A DNA stretch of 64,000 nucleotides, taken from positions 96,001 to 160,000 of IMG/VR virus record IMGVR_UViG_3300020577_008610; one strand, given 5' to 3'. The translations under genes were made by a program, and so were the position numbers. The notes under the pieces were generated by a model, which made no database searches, was not told where the DNA came from, and saw nothing but the letters and a program-made list of their open reading frames with translations. Positions 1 through 10,064 of this stretch are shown here, piece after piece. Position 1 is the first letter of the stretch, and every line of letters starts with the position of its first letter. This DNA is from a virus (taxonomy: Duplodnaviria; Caudoviricetes).

Positions 1-575
1 CTTGCAGCAATAGTGGCCAACCTACTGCTCAGGACGTATTGACCTTCTTTGAACTCCACCAAACCTTTCTTCAAAAGGTCAATGGCCAACTTCTCAGCAG
101 AAGCATGAACAGCTTGGTGTATTTGCCTGGACTCGGTAATTGTCGTTCCAGAACACAAATACAGATTGCTGGGATGATTGTTGAGTTTGTCTTCATCAAT
201 ATGATGAATAATCTCATGTGACTCTAGGAACCGTCCCAATTCTTTCTCCATCACCAAGATGTGTTCCATGATGTATTTGCCGTTTTTTCTGGGTTTGGTA
301 CGTGGATGTTCCTCATCTACAATAATTTGCTTATAGCCACTTTGGTATCTCCACCCTTGTTTGCGAATGGCTTTACTGATGGCTTTCCGATGTGACGGGC
401 TGTAGGTCTTGCCTGTGAGCTGTTTGGTCGTTGAACAAGACTTGCACGGATGCTCTGCTTTTTTGTAGTTTGAAAGGAAATGCACCTCTCGTTCGATGTT
501 GCAGTATTCACATCGAACGAGAGCGATCTTGTCTTTTGCCAGAGTGGTTTTGCCGGGTTTGGACGCAATCAACAT
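1..575 (-). CDS. HNH homing endonuclease (3'-truncated by window edge; absent from ORF track)
   Basis: Manual translation from ATG 575: CEYC/CKSC Zn pairs, YIMEHILVMEKELGRFL..EIIHHIDEDKLNNHPSNL HNH motif; open to position 1. Confidence 0.85.
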   Translation of the reverse strand, partial: MLIASKPGKTTLAKDKIALVRCEYCNIEREVHFLSNYKKAEHPCKSCSTTKQLTGKTYSPSHRKAISKAIRKQGWRYQSGYKQIIVDEEHPRTKPRKNGKYIMEHILVMEKELGRFLESHEIIHHIDEDKLNNHPSNLYLCSGTTITESRQIHQAVHASAEKLAIDLLKKGLVEFKEGQYVLSSRLATIAA

Positions 576-621
576 ACCATTAGATATGCGTTGCCAAGTT
601 GGATTTTTTGGAAAAGCGACA

Positions 622-2985
622 CTAGAGAATGGAAGCCGCAATAGTGGCCAACTTGCTTCGTTCACCTTTGGTTAAGGTGACGTGGCCAGAGAGGTCATAG
701 GTTTTGAACTTCTCAATTGCCACGGTCAGGCCGTTAGACACTGAATCCACATACATATTGTCAATCTGCTCAATGTCCCCAGTCAGGACGATTTTGGTTC
801 CATCACCCACACGAGTGATGATGGTCTTCAACTCATGAGCATTGAGGTTCTGCGCCTCATCAATGATCATGAAGGCATTGGCGATAGACCTACCACGGAT
901 GTAGGTCATGGCTTCAACCTCGATGGTGCCATTCTCGAAGAGCATCTGGAGAGTCTCTTCGCCCCTCTTGCTCTTCTTGCCGTCAGCCGAAAGCAGGAAC
1001 CGGAGGTTGTCCTTGATCGGGGCAACCCATGGCTCCATCTTTTCCTCCAGAGTGTTATGGGTTACCACGAAATAGTCAGTAATATAAAGATGTTCCGGAT
1101 TGTCAACGAGAATGCACTGCATTTCAACTTTTTTTCCGGTTCTTTCAATCCCAACAATTCTTCGTCGGCGTTCCAGTTTGCGAAACTGGTAACGTTCACG
1201 CTTACGAGTTAGGCAGAACGGCTGGAACTGATCCTCCCAGAAGGATATGGAAATTGTGTATGCTCCTTTTAGTGCTGAGAACTTTGTATTGGCAGCTCCT
1301 CCGAGCGAGAAAACCAATTCCTTAAACCCATCTGCAAGGGCTTTAGAACAGGTTGTCAGGCTAACATCGGAACCATCTGCTGACACATAGCCATCTGTAT
1401 CCATTAGTCCTTGCAAGAGCGCAACCCTGTCTTGAATTGAGGCTGTCAGGTATTCAGCCGGGATGAATTTTGTGTACGAATTAGCCCCGGCAAGTCCGAG
1501 AGATTCTATTCCAGCTCGAACAATGTTGGAAACCCTTTTCTTTCGTCCAACATTGTCTGACATCACAAAAGACCAAGTTAAGCCCGACTTGTGACGCAAC
1601 ATTGCTCCACTCGGAAGAGAACGTTGAATCCTCTCTACGATTTCACTATCAGTAGAAGACAATTCAGTAGCATATCGCTGGGTTACACATCCATCACCAA
1701 GAATGGCGCCAAGGACATAAGGATCAATTGGAAGTTTGTGAACTGTCTGATACTCCACTGGTTTCACGTATTGCACAAAATGGTGCAGGTGTTCCTTTCC
1801 CGTAAGGAGATCAACTTCAATTTCCTTGGTTGACCGGGTTTTGGGAATTTCTTCGTGTGGCTTGTATGTGTTCCACGGATGGTCCTCGCAGCACTCAACT
1901 TCAGCTCCATCCTCAAAGATAAGCTTCAAAACCTCCTTTTGCCCTTTCGGAAAGACCTCCAGAACAGACGTTGGCTTACCATCCCGAGCAATCACCTGAT
2001 TACCCTTCTGGATTGCTCCCATTGTGGTCCACCCCGTCGGCGTTAATACCTTGGAGTAAAGTGGTTGAGGTCCCGGAAGAAATCCAATGTCTTTGCCCAA
2101 GGGCTGAATTGGACGGCACACGATGAGGCTCTTGTACCGCTTCTGGTCAATTACCTGATGGAGGCCAGCTGCAATGGCCAAGAGAGTCTTGCCGGTACCA
2201 GCAGAACCAACAATGGTCGCCAGGGAGATAGAAGGATCCATCAGAAGGTCGATGGCAAATTTCTGCTCCTTGTTTCTTCCTTCGATCTTTGAAGGTGCAA
2301 ACTCGGTGATTCCTTTGACCTTGCCACCCTTGTATCGCATGATGGCTGAAGACTCAGCTCCCTCCCTCTTTACAAGCAAGAACTGATTCTCGTAAAGGGC
2401 ACTCTTAACTTCTTCTGGAAGCTCTAAAACTCCTTCTCGATAAAACCTCTCTAGGTCATAGTCTCCAACCAAAGTAGTCTCGCCTGTGTACAAGCCAGAA
2501 ATAGACTCAGCCACATGTAGCTTTTTATAGTCATCAGCTAGAATGCCCAAAGCATGAGCCTTGAGTCGAAGTAAGATGTCCCTGGACACCAAGACCATCT
2601 CTGCGTCCGGGTTCTTTCGCTTGAAAGCCATACAGACCGCAAGAATCTGGTTGTCTCCAGATTTGCCTTCCAACTCCGATGGGATCAGTTCCTTCAGGTC
2701 TGAAAATCCAAGGGAGTTGAACGACAGAATCCGAAGCGACCCCTGACCTTCTCCAAGCGGAATAGGTTCATCAAATGCCTTGTGATCTTTTGTTATTTCC
2801 GTTAGCTTCCGAGAGGTCTCTCGGGCATGCCTACCCACTTCATCCTGACGGTCTTTGTGTCTGTCCAACTCCTCCAGGACAATCATAGGCAGAACCACGT
2901 CGTGCTCCTTGAAGGAGAACATGGCATTCGAGTCAGAGAGAAGAACGTTGGTGTCGAGGACAAAAGTTTTCTTGTTGTTGTTCAT
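622..2985 (-). CDS. phoH: PIN-domain PhoH-family ATPase interrupted by an intein
   Basis: N-terminal PIN (FVLDTNVLL), Walker A GSAGTGKT, GFLPG|TLEEKM, RGRS, IIDEAQN, GDIEQID. Confidence 0.95.
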   Translation of the reverse strand: MNNNKKTFVLDTNVLLSDSNAMFSFKEHDVVLPMIVLEELDRHKDRQDEVGRHARETSRKLTEITKDHKAFDEPIPLGEGQGSLRILSFNSLGFSDLKELIPSELEGKSGDNQILAVCMAFKRKNPDAEMVLVSRDILLRLKAHALGILADDYKKLHVAESISGLYTGETTLVGDYDLERFYREGVLELPEEVKSALYENQFLLVKREGAESSAIMRYKGGKVKGITEFAPSKIEGRNKEQKFAIDLLMDPSISLATIVGSAGTGKTLLAIAAGLHQVIDQKRYKSLIVCRPIQPLGKDIGFLPGPQPLYSKVLTPTGWTTMGAIQKGNQVIARDGKPTSVLEVFPKGQKEVLKLIFEDGAEVECCEDHPWNTYKPHEEIPKTRSTKEIEVDLLTGKEHLHHFVQYVKPVEYQTVHKLPIDPYVLGAILGDGCVTQRYATELSSTDSEIVERIQRSLPSGAMLRHKSGLTWSFVMSDNVGRKKRVSNIVRAGIESLGLAGANSYTKFIPAEYLTASIQDRVALLQGLMDTDGYVSADGSDVSLTTCSKALADGFKELVFSLGGAANTKFSALKGAYTISISFWEDQFQPFCLTRKRERYQFRKLERRRRIVGIERTGKKVEMQCILVDNPEHLYITDYFVVTHNTLEEKMEPWVAPIKDNLRFLLSADGKKSKRGEETLQMLFENGTIEVEAMTYIRGRSIANAFMIIDEAQNLNAHELKTIITRVGDGTKIVLTGDIEQIDNMYVDSVSNGLTVAIEKFKTYDLSGHVTLTKGERSKLATIAASIL
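1054..2070 (-). mobile_element. Class 3-type intein (339 aa) with LAGLIDADG homing endonuclease
   Basis: Splits GFLPG|TLEEK; starts PQPL, block B EDHPW, LGAILGDG and LQGLMDTDG, block F MQCILV, ends VTHN before Thr. Confidence 0.92.
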
Positions 2986-3057
2986 CGCATGTTATTTCTA
3001 AGCTGTGGCACTTGCAAGAACATTGGATTATACGTGAATGCCTTTTTTGCATCTAAC

Positions 3058-3426
3058 TTACAAGACGTTCTTTGAACCCTTCACTTGCTTCCCAGCAGCC
3101 TTCGTTGGGACAGTCTTCGGAGTCTCAACAACAGGAGGCGCAGCTGCCGGCTCTTCTGTTTCCTTAGCCACAGAAGACTCTACCGCCTGAGATTCGGAAA
3201 CTGAATCAGAAGCTTTTTCTTCAGCAATAATGACTGGTTCCGGAGTTTTTTCAGGCTCAGAAATGGCAACGACGGCAGGTGCTTGAGGTTGTACTTTCGG
3301 AGTGAAAGGAACAGCCAGCATGCCGTCGTAGCCAAGTGTGCGATGCGGGACGGATGGGTCCAATCCCTTTGAGATTGCGTCAGCAGCGATATGCAGCTTC
3401 ATACCCATAAGTATGAGCTGAAACAA
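3058..3426 (-). CDS. Hypothetical protein, Pro/Glu/Ala-rich low-complexity tail
   Basis: ORF packed between co-directional genes; start uncertain. Confidence 0.55.
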   Translation of the reverse strand: MFQLILMGMKLHIAADAISKGLDPSVPHRTLGYDGMLAVPFTPKVQPQAPAVVAISEPEKTPEPVIIAEEKASDSVSESQAVESSVAKETEEPAAAPPVVETPKTVPTKAAGKQVKGSKNVL

Positions 3427-3428
3427 AA

Positions 3429-3707
3429 TTACCCTGCTGGGGTTTCGGCCTTAGGTGCCTTCTTGGACTTGGTGGCATTCTTGGTCTTGCGAGTCTCTAC
3501 CGTTCCCTTGTCAGAAACCAAGGTCTCCTTCAGAATCAGGAAGGCCTGCTTCCGAAGCGAACGAAGTCCCTTGCGGACTCGAACTCCGGCTGAAACGTTG
3601 TGTTTGAGAGCATTTTTCTCAAGATCCTTTTGTAGCTCAGCTACATTTTGACAAAGCTCAGTCCACAGCGCCAATACCTTTGAATCACTTGTCGTTCCGT
3701 CACTCAT
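3429..3707 (-). CDS. Histone H1-like (Hc1-type) basic protein
   Basis: DLEKNALKHNVSAGVRVRKGLRSLRK resembles the Hc1 GNKAAGTRARK motif; Lys-rich tail; GGAG RBS. Confidence 0.6.
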   Translation of the reverse strand: MSDGTTSDSKVLALWTELCQNVAELQKDLEKNALKHNVSAGVRVRKGLRSLRKQAFLILKETLVSDKGTVETRKTKNATKSKKAPKAETPAG

Positions 3708-3797
3708 TGAGTTTACTCCTATATGCGATACGAGAACTTTGTACCGTATCAAGTAGTCTATTTTGGTTTTGGCAGGATTGTATCGGCAAATCGGAGA

Positions 3798-4322
3798 TTA
3801 TCTGTGGCTAATGGCTTCCCAGATAGCTTTTCCGATAGCGGCAAAGGCCCCGCCAACGATAAGCCAGACAGCTTTGCCCAACCAGTCACTCCAGGCGGAC
3901 TTGACCTTGATGACCGATTCCAGCTTTTCCAGGTCATCCCCAGCGATCTTCTTGAGCTTGGAGGTAGTTTCCACCTTCTTGCTCAAGTCATCGTCAGTTG
4001 AACTTAACTTTTTCAGAGAGTCGTTGAACTCCTTCATGTTTTTCTCATCGGCTGCAAGGTGTGCAGTATGAGACTTGACCATTTGCTTTATGTCCGTTTC
4101 AACCAATTTCACACGGGCATACAAGCCATCGTCTGGATTATAGAGTCCATCATGGATCTTATCAACCTTTTCGCTTGTTTCCTGCTGCTTTTCTTGGATG
4201 TGTTCAACGATAACCATCATCTTGTCGAACCCACCATTCAAAACAGGAGAAGTGTTGATTTTCTGTGCAATGCTTTCAACCATAAGCTGAAGCTGTTTAT
4301 TGTCAGATTTAGTGTCAGACAT
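3798..4322 (-). CDS. Coiled-coil protein with C-terminal transmembrane helix
   Basis: Heptad-rich body; WLGKAVWLIVGGAFAAIGKAIW; upstream TACTTA motif. Confidence 0.7.
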   Translation of the reverse strand: MSDTKSDNKQLQLMVESIAQKINTSPVLNGGFDKMMVIVEHIQEKQQETSEKVDKIHDGLYNPDDGLYARVKLVETDIKQMVKSHTAHLAADEKNMKEFNDSLKKLSSTDDDLSKKVETTSKLKKIAGDDLEKLESVIKVKSAWSDWLGKAVWLIVGGAFAAIGKAIWEAISHR

Positions 4323-4427
4323 GGACTCCCCCACCTAAGGATTTCCGATACGACCTAAGGCCAACCGGCTTCCAATAAGTATGAAATCGCCGAGCCATTT
4401 TAACGAGTTTGAAGAATACAATGAGTC

Positions 4428-5822
4428 ATGGCCTACAGTTCCTTCCGTGAAAAATCCGTCTTTTTGGCCGAAATGCAACAAGCCAATGAGAAAATGAAGA
4501 CCTTGCTCGGACGAATCAAGGTTGCTCTGAGTGAACAGGGGTATCCCCTTCGGAAAGACACCTACCACTTTCTTACTCGGGTCCTGGAGCCGTCCAACCG
4601 AGCAGAGCGGACCCTGTTCATGCTTTTGTTCCAGTCGGCCTACAGAAGCGAACTGCTATCTGCTGGGAGCTCCTACCTTGCCGTTCGGTTTGCTAACGAA
4701 TTCATCCAAGAATTGGTGAAACATCCGGAGCTTATCTCCAGGAATGAAGTTGAACTGATGACCGAGTATGAGGAGCTCGTTGCCGACCTAAACCGCCAGA
4801 TTACCTCAATTTCTTTGCCGGTGACGGAAGAGTGGATGCAGCAAGAGATCGAACGCATCTGTGAGGATCCCATTTTGGCCGAAGCTGTTTGGCAAGCCAT
4901 CTCTGTTTCGGGCCTTGAAGGCAAGATCCATGTGGAAGATGGCACACTCCCCAACTACGTGGTGGAACAAAAGTCAGGATATTACTTCAGTGTCCTGAAA
5001 CCATTCAAGTTCATGCTGCCAAAAAACGGCTGCTGGGAAGCTCAGAACGTCAAGGTCATGCTGGTTGATGGCATCCTGGAACGGGTAAGCGAACTGGACA
5101 AGATCCTGAACGGAGCCATGCAGACCAAGATTCCGACTTTGCTGGTAGCTCATGGGTTTTCCGAGGAAGTGGTTGCTACGATCAAAGCCAACGTAGACTA
5201 CGGCAAATTTAACATCATGCCCGTCAGGCTTACCTCCGACCTGGAGTCCCTGAACGTTTTGAACGATATTGCCGTGGTCTGTGGAGCTGATGTGGTTTCT
5301 ACCCTAAAGGGACAGATGGTGGTATTTACCGAGTTCGACTCACTTCCCATCGTTGAGAGAATTCGACTCACTTCCCAAGAGCTGACTATCGAAAATGCCA
5401 AAACAAGGAGGGCCGTTTCTAACCACCTCCGAATGCTCCTGGAGAAAAGGCAAAATCAATCGGAGATATCCGATATCTCCGATCTGATTGACCGTAGAAT
5501 CCAAGGGCTCATCTCGGCCGCTGTTACCCTTCGGCTTCCCAACATGCCCGCTTCCAAAAGGGATAATGCCAAGGTCAAGATCGACGTTGCCCTTCGAAGC
5601 GCAAAGACCCTCCTGAATCTCGGAAAGGCAAACCTTCAGGATGTCAAAGGTTCCCCAGCACCCCATGGGAGCCTCCAGGGAGCCTTCTGGAAGGCTTTGA
5701 AGGAGGTGCAAAGGGAGATTAACACCATGCCCACTCTGAGCGCCTATACCGGTATTTACTTCGCCGGAAAGACCATCCTATCCATGATGACAACAGGGGG
5801 GTTGGTGGAAATTGTTACTTAG
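4428..5822 (+). CDS. Divergent GroEL/Cpn60-like chaperonin
   Basis: GKIHVEDG, VMLVDG..I..VSEL, PTLLVAHGFSEEVVAT..AN, LNDIAVVCGA match the GroEL intermediate/apical domains; GDGTT motif absent. Confidence 0.8.
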   Translation: MAYSSFREKSVFLAEMQQANEKMKTLLGRIKVALSEQGYPLRKDTYHFLTRVLEPSNRAERTLFMLLFQSAYRSELLSAGSSYLAVRFANEFIQELVKHPELISRNEVELMTEYEELVADLNRQITSISLPVTEEWMQQEIERICEDPILAEAVWQAISVSGLEGKIHVEDGTLPNYVVEQKSGYYFSVLKPFKFMLPKNGCWEAQNVKVMLVDGILERVSELDKILNGAMQTKIPTLLVAHGFSEEVVATIKANVDYGKFNIMPVRLTSDLESLNVLNDIAVVCGADVVSTLKGQMVVFTEFDSLPIVERIRLTSQELTIENAKTRRAVSNHLRMLLEKRQNQSEISDISDLIDRRIQGLISAAVTLRLPNMPASKRDNAKVKIDVALRSAKTLLNLGKANLQDVKGSPAPHGSLQGAFWKALKEVQREINTMPTLSAYTGIYFAGKTILSMMTTGGLVEIVT

Positions 5823-6679
5823 GTTTTTAGAGCTGTGGTAATTCCCTGAATCAACTTGGTCAATAGCTCATCTGGAATATTGTCTCCCATGTAAGGTTTT
5901 AGATTGGCAACAAGTGAGTTGTGGATCTTTTGGCCCAAACCGCCACCAGGAGCGGTAGCAGCACCTCCCGAGGCTGCTTGAGTCTGCCCCTGAGTTGATG
6001 CAGGAGTACCAGCCCGACCGGAAGCTGGTGCTTCTCCGGATGCTTGAGCAGCCATCTGATCAATCTGCGCTTGTGGCAGAACAGCCGGAATCTTGCCGAC
6101 CTTGGTCAGCTTGTCCAGCTGATTCCAGGTGAGCTGAGTGAGTTCCTGGGCTGCCTGAGCATTGTTGATATAGGGGATGTCCGAGCTAGAGAACAGCCGC
6201 TTCAGGAACCCGCCCTGCTTGTTGATGGCAAGGGCCTGCTGGAAAGCCGGTGCCATGTTGGCTCCAACAGGTTGATCCGGGTTGTTCTTGGCATTGGACA
6301 TCATCCGAGATTTGAGCAGAACAGGGAGATCTTGTCGCAAGAATTCCGAAAGACCCTGGAAGAAACCCATGGCTTTCCCAAGCATCGCACTGGTTTTCTT
6401 GGGATCGTTGCCGGCCTTGCCGGAAATGAGATTGGTCAGCTCAGCTTCAGCAGCATCCAGACCAGCTTTAATGCTGTTCAAAGGAGGAATGAACTCACCG
6501 AGGGCTGATTCCACTCCAGTCATGGCATCCACAATCTGGGAAATAGTAGCGGTATCCAATTTTTCAGCGATCAAGTAGTGGGCTTCAAGGAGCTGCTTGG
6601 CCTCATAGTAAGCAACAGCTTGTTCCTGGGCCTTTTTCTTGGCATATTCTTCCTTGAGTGTCAAACTCTTCTCGGTCAT
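5819..6679 (-). CDS. Hypothetical protein, probably virion-associated
   Basis: 286-aa ORF, upstream TATTTA motif. Confidence 0.7.
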   Translation of the reverse strand: MTEKSLTLKEEYAKKKAQEQAVAYYEAKQLLEAHYLIAEKLDTATISQIVDAMTGVESALGEFIPPLNSIKAGLDAAEAELTNLISGKAGNDPKKTSAMLGKAMGFFQGLSEFLRQDLPVLLKSRMMSNAKNNPDQPVGANMAPAFQQALAINKQGGFLKRLFSSSDIPYINNAQAAQELTQLTWNQLDKLTKVGKIPAVLPQAQIDQMAAQASGEAPASGRAGTPASTQGQTQAASGGAATAPGGGLGQKIHNSLVANLKPYMGDNIPDELLTKLIQGITTALKT

Positions 6680-6738
6680 GGTGCATTCCTGCCTGGGTTT
6701 GTGTTACTATGATAAATAGGTCTAGGAAGGGGAACTGT

Positions 6739-7440
6739 ATGGAAATCAAGGTCCGGCCAGCTCTTACGGTCGAAGAGTTGGAAAAACTCAAGCAAGAACG
6801 TGAGGCTGTGGACAACGCGGCCAAGAAAAAGGAAATGTCTCGAATTCTCAGAGGCAACCTTCAAGCTAAAGGTGACGCAGCGAAAACCAAGATCGACCGA
6901 TTTCATCTTCCTGTCCTGCATATAAACGACCCTACTCAGTGGGCTTCTCAACCTAATCAGAACCGGCCCAGGTTTACAGATGAGGCTGCCTACAAAACCT
7001 GCCTTGGAAATTGTTGTGGAATAGAAGGCCTAAAGGCAGGTTGCTGTCAGATAGATCCTGATGACATGGAACGCGTCCTGGGTCCTCTTGACGAAGAGTG
7101 GATTGAGAATATTGTTGTTTGGTTGCGGCGGAAAGGAATTGCTGCTTCCAGAGCTGACATAGTAATCGACTGGGAAGAGGGTAAAATCATCGGCGAGAGG
7201 TTCTTCAACGGAGAGAGAAAAGCCGTCTTCCTGGCCAAAGAAAGCTACCCCATTTTGCGTTTCCAAGTCTTTGGGCCAAGATTTGCTTGCAAATTTCTGA
7301 ATCCAACGAATGGGAAATGCACTATCTATGAAAAGAGGCCCAGTATGTGCCAAGGCTATCTCTGTCAGTACGTGAAGGCCAATTTTTTAATCCGAACTGA
7401 CCCCGTGAACCACCCAAATACGTACACCAAATTTCGATGA
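6739..7440 (+). CDS. YkgJ-family Cys-cluster (Zn/Fe-S) protein
   Basis: CLGNCC..GCC and CKFL..GKCTIYEKRPSMC. Confidence 0.75.
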   Translation: MEIKVRPALTVEELEKLKQEREAVDNAAKKKEMSRILRGNLQAKGDAAKTKIDRFHLPVLHINDPTQWASQPNQNRPRFTDEAAYKTCLGNCCGIEGLKAGCCQIDPDDMERVLGPLDEEWIENIVVWLRRKGIAASRADIVIDWEEGKIIGERFFNGERKAVFLAKESYPILRFQVFGPRFACKFLNPTNGKCTIYEKRPSMCQGYLCQYVKANFLIRTDPVNHPNTYTKFR

Positions 7441-7469
7441 GGTTGGAATAGAAAGAGCTGAGGAATGTC

Positions 7470-7994
7470 ATGAACGAGAAGGCAGAAGAAATCCCCGTGT
7501 TATGGAAGAGCGCCGACGGCAAGCGTTTTGCCCAGGAGCATGTCTTCAACTGGGTTGCCTCCACGAAACTAGACCGTGAGAACGACTACCAGGTCATCGT
7601 GGGCACGGACTCACACAGGCACAGTGATCAGTTCAGGTTTATTACTGTGATTTGCGTATACCGGGTGGGCAAGGGAGGCAATTACTACTACCTGGAGAAC
7701 TACGAGCCTCGGGAAAACTACGTCCAGGCAACACGTGGCAAGCGGGTGAAGGGCAACCAGAAGCTCCGAATGTTCAACGAAGTTGTTCGGTCTGTTGAAA
7801 TGGCCACTAACCTGTTTGATACAACAGGAGTGCTTCCGGTAGTCCACATCGACGCTTCTCCTTCTCACCGGAAGGAATTTACATCAGAATTTAGTGATCA
7901 GCTCAAAGGTTACGTTGCCTCTAATGGATTTGAGTGCGTCCTGAAGCCAAATTCATTTGTAGCTAATGCTATAGCTGATAAGCACAGCAAATAG
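7470..7994 (+). CDS. RNase H-like YkuK-family protein
   Basis: VIVGTDS, YRVGKGG, RMFNEV.RS, VHIDA, ADKHSK. Confidence 0.8.
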   Translation: MNEKAEEIPVLWKSADGKRFAQEHVFNWVASTKLDRENDYQVIVGTDSHRHSDQFRFITVICVYRVGKGGNYYYLENYEPRENYVQATRGKRVKGNQKLRMFNEVVRSVEMATNLFDTTGVLPVVHIDASPSHRKEFTSEFSDQLKGYVASNGFECVLKPNSFVANAIADKHSK

Positions 7995-8076
7995 CTGCGC
8001 AACCGAGCAATTCCATCAATCCAATCCCAGGGTCATATAGACACAATCGAAGAACCTGAAAGAAGGAATTCTTCGA

Positions 8077-8382
8077 ATGTCAACAGATATTGACCGTACT
8101 AAGCTTGAAACTGCTATTGAGCGTGAGGTCTACAAGTTTGTGTGTCAACTCAAAGAACACATGTACGACCACACGATGATCTACCTGAACCGAACTCAAT
8201 CTGATGTTGACCGAACGGTTGCAGACCGGATCCTACAGATTGCCAAGAACGCAGTCGAAGATGGGTTCATGACCAAGGTGGACTTTTTCAAGAAGGCCAT
8301 TGATGAGCCTTTGAATCAGTTCACGGAGACCGATTCAAGCCCTTTACCACCTGGAGAGTTAGGGAAGAAAGGGAGAAAGTAA
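8077..8382 (+). CDS. Hypothetical protein
   Basis: ORF with AAGGA RBS. Confidence 0.65.
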   Translation: MSTDIDRTKLETAIEREVYKFVCQLKEHMYDHTMIYLNRTQSDVDRTVADRILQIAKNAVEDGFMTKVDFFKKAIDEPLNQFTETDSSPLPPGELGKKGRK

Positions 8383-8493
8383 CCAAAGCTCTCAAGGCCA
8401 AGGAGACCATGAAGAAAGCCAGCAAGGTGGCTCTTTCTGGTCTTGTCATGGTTTTGATGCTGGTTGCCTCTCTTGTGTTGGCAAGGAGTTGAT

Positions 8494-8967
8494 ATGGGTG
8501 GCGTAGCTTACATCAAGCACTTAATTGAGTGCAACTGCCTTCTTCCGCAGTTTAAGCACTCGGACCCTCCGAAGTGGCATCACTTCGTGGCTTTCTCGGA
8601 AATTGATGATAAAGGGGATGTTATCCCTTCTTTTGTGCAGTGCAACAACTGCGGGATTATCCACAAGGTAATAGAGGCTTGTGTTTCTTCAACCCTAAAG
8701 AGGGACAACCTCCCAAGTCTGGTGACCAGGGAAGAGCTATTAGATGCTCTCCCAGAAAAACTCCGGAAAGATCTGGACAAGTACAAATCAGACCTTCCGA
8801 CTATCCAGGAAATCACCTGGATTCGTGAGCACCAAGCCTGGGGACGTTCTGTTGTCCTTGCTAAGGACGAAGTGGATGGGATCCTGGTCGGGAAAGCTCT
8901 ATTGCTCTTAGGAGAGACCCTCTGGAAGATACAAAGCTTTCAAGACGGAGGAGATGATAATGAGTGA
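8494..8967 (+). CDS. Hypothetical Zn-binding protein
   Basis: CNC, CNNC..H; AGGAG RBS. Confidence 0.7.
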   Translation: MGGVAYIKHLIECNCLLPQFKHSDPPKWHHFVAFSEIDDKGDVIPSFVQCNNCGIIHKVIEACVSSTLKRDNLPSLVTREELLDALPEKLRKDLDKYKSDLPTIQEITWIREHQAWGRSVVLAKDEVDGILVGKALLLLGETLWKIQSFQDGGDDNE

Positions 8968-9286
8968 GACCAAAGAGAAAGATGCCGAGGGGAATGACGT
9001 TCCTTATGTTCATCCGAACATTGAAGTGGAGCTTTCAAGAGAAAAAAGACAAGTCTGCAGGGACATTGTTTCTGAAATTAGAAACTTTGGAGTCAACCAA
9101 CGCCAAATCCTCTTTATTGTTCAACTCCTGGCCATGGAGCTGGAAAACGGTGAAGCGATGAGAGCTATCGTCAAAGCCGTTGGAGCTGTCCGAAAGGATA
9201 TTCCTGCCGGAAGTAAGCTCATTGTGGCACCCGAGCAGACATCGGTCAAAAAGATGGCGAAGACCGGTCTAGTGGTAAAGCCTTGA
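8960..9286 (+). CDS. Hypothetical protein
   Basis: Overlaps upstream stop; GGAGG RBS. Confidence 0.7.
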   Translation: MSETKEKDAEGNDVPYVHPNIEVELSREKRQVCRDIVSEIRNFGVNQRQILFIVQLLAMELENGEAMRAIVKAVGAVRKDIPAGSKLIVAPEQTSVKKMAKTGLVVKP

Positions 9287-9956
9287 TCCCTCTTTGAGCC
9301 CTCCAGTGCATTGCCAGGGTTCGATAGGTGAACCCATCGAGCAAGCCTGTTTTCCACGGCATCAAAGTCTTCGGGTAAGCTTCCTGGAAGGCTTTGCAGG
9401 CCAAGATACTCTCCTTGCTCCATACTCCCGCTGGAACCACCCCCAAAACATGTTGGGCAAACAGGATACGTAACCTCTCTGTGAGCCTCTTGTAAAGATT
9501 CAAAGCAACTTCCTTCTCATCCAGGAATGGCAGCACCCAACTCTTCTCTCCCCGCCAGAATTTTCCATTTTTCGGGAGCCGCAGAGTCATCCAAACCTCA
9601 AAGAACTCCTGAACCGTGGAGAATGCCCAGCAAAATCGGAAACCGTCACGGCACCAAAATGGCACTTCTCCAGGATGGGCCTCTTTCCATACTCTGACCG
9701 ACTCCTCCGTCATCGGCACCCTGGCCACTTTACCTCCTTTTTGGTGAAGAAGTAAAATCAAAGCCGTTAGCTCCGTCGTTTGCCTGTCCGTCAATCCAAG
9801 ACGGTAGAGAGCTTCGAAGCAGAGCAGTTGAAACGCAAGAGTTTGTTGCAGTGTGGTCATCCCAAACTTCTTGATGCCAAAATCAAGAAGCGCATTTGGC
9901 TCCACTCCCCTGGATGGATTCAGCCACAATGGAATTGGGGCAAATGGACGATGCAT
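9246..9956 (-). CDS. Hypothetical protein
   Basis: 236-aa ORF filling the gap. Confidence 0.55.
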   Translation of the reverse strand: MHRPFAPIPLWLNPSRGVEPNALLDFGIKKFGMTTLQQTLAFQLLCFEALYRLGLTDRQTTELTALILLLHQKGGKVARVPMTEESVRVWKEAHPGEVPFWCRDGFRFCWAFSTVQEFFEVWMTLRLPKNGKFWRGEKSWVLPFLDEKEVALNLYKRLTERLRILFAQHVLGVVPAGVWSKESILACKAFQEAYPKTLMPWKTGLLDGFTYRTLAMHWRAQRGIKALPLDRSSPSF

Positions 9957-10064
9957 GGCTTAAACCCCCTGTGTGGGGCCTCAGCCCCTTATCATGACAT
10001 GTATAACATGCGTGCGTGTGTCAGAGGGTAATTAGCTGTAATCCCAGCCGCAACATCAGAAGGT

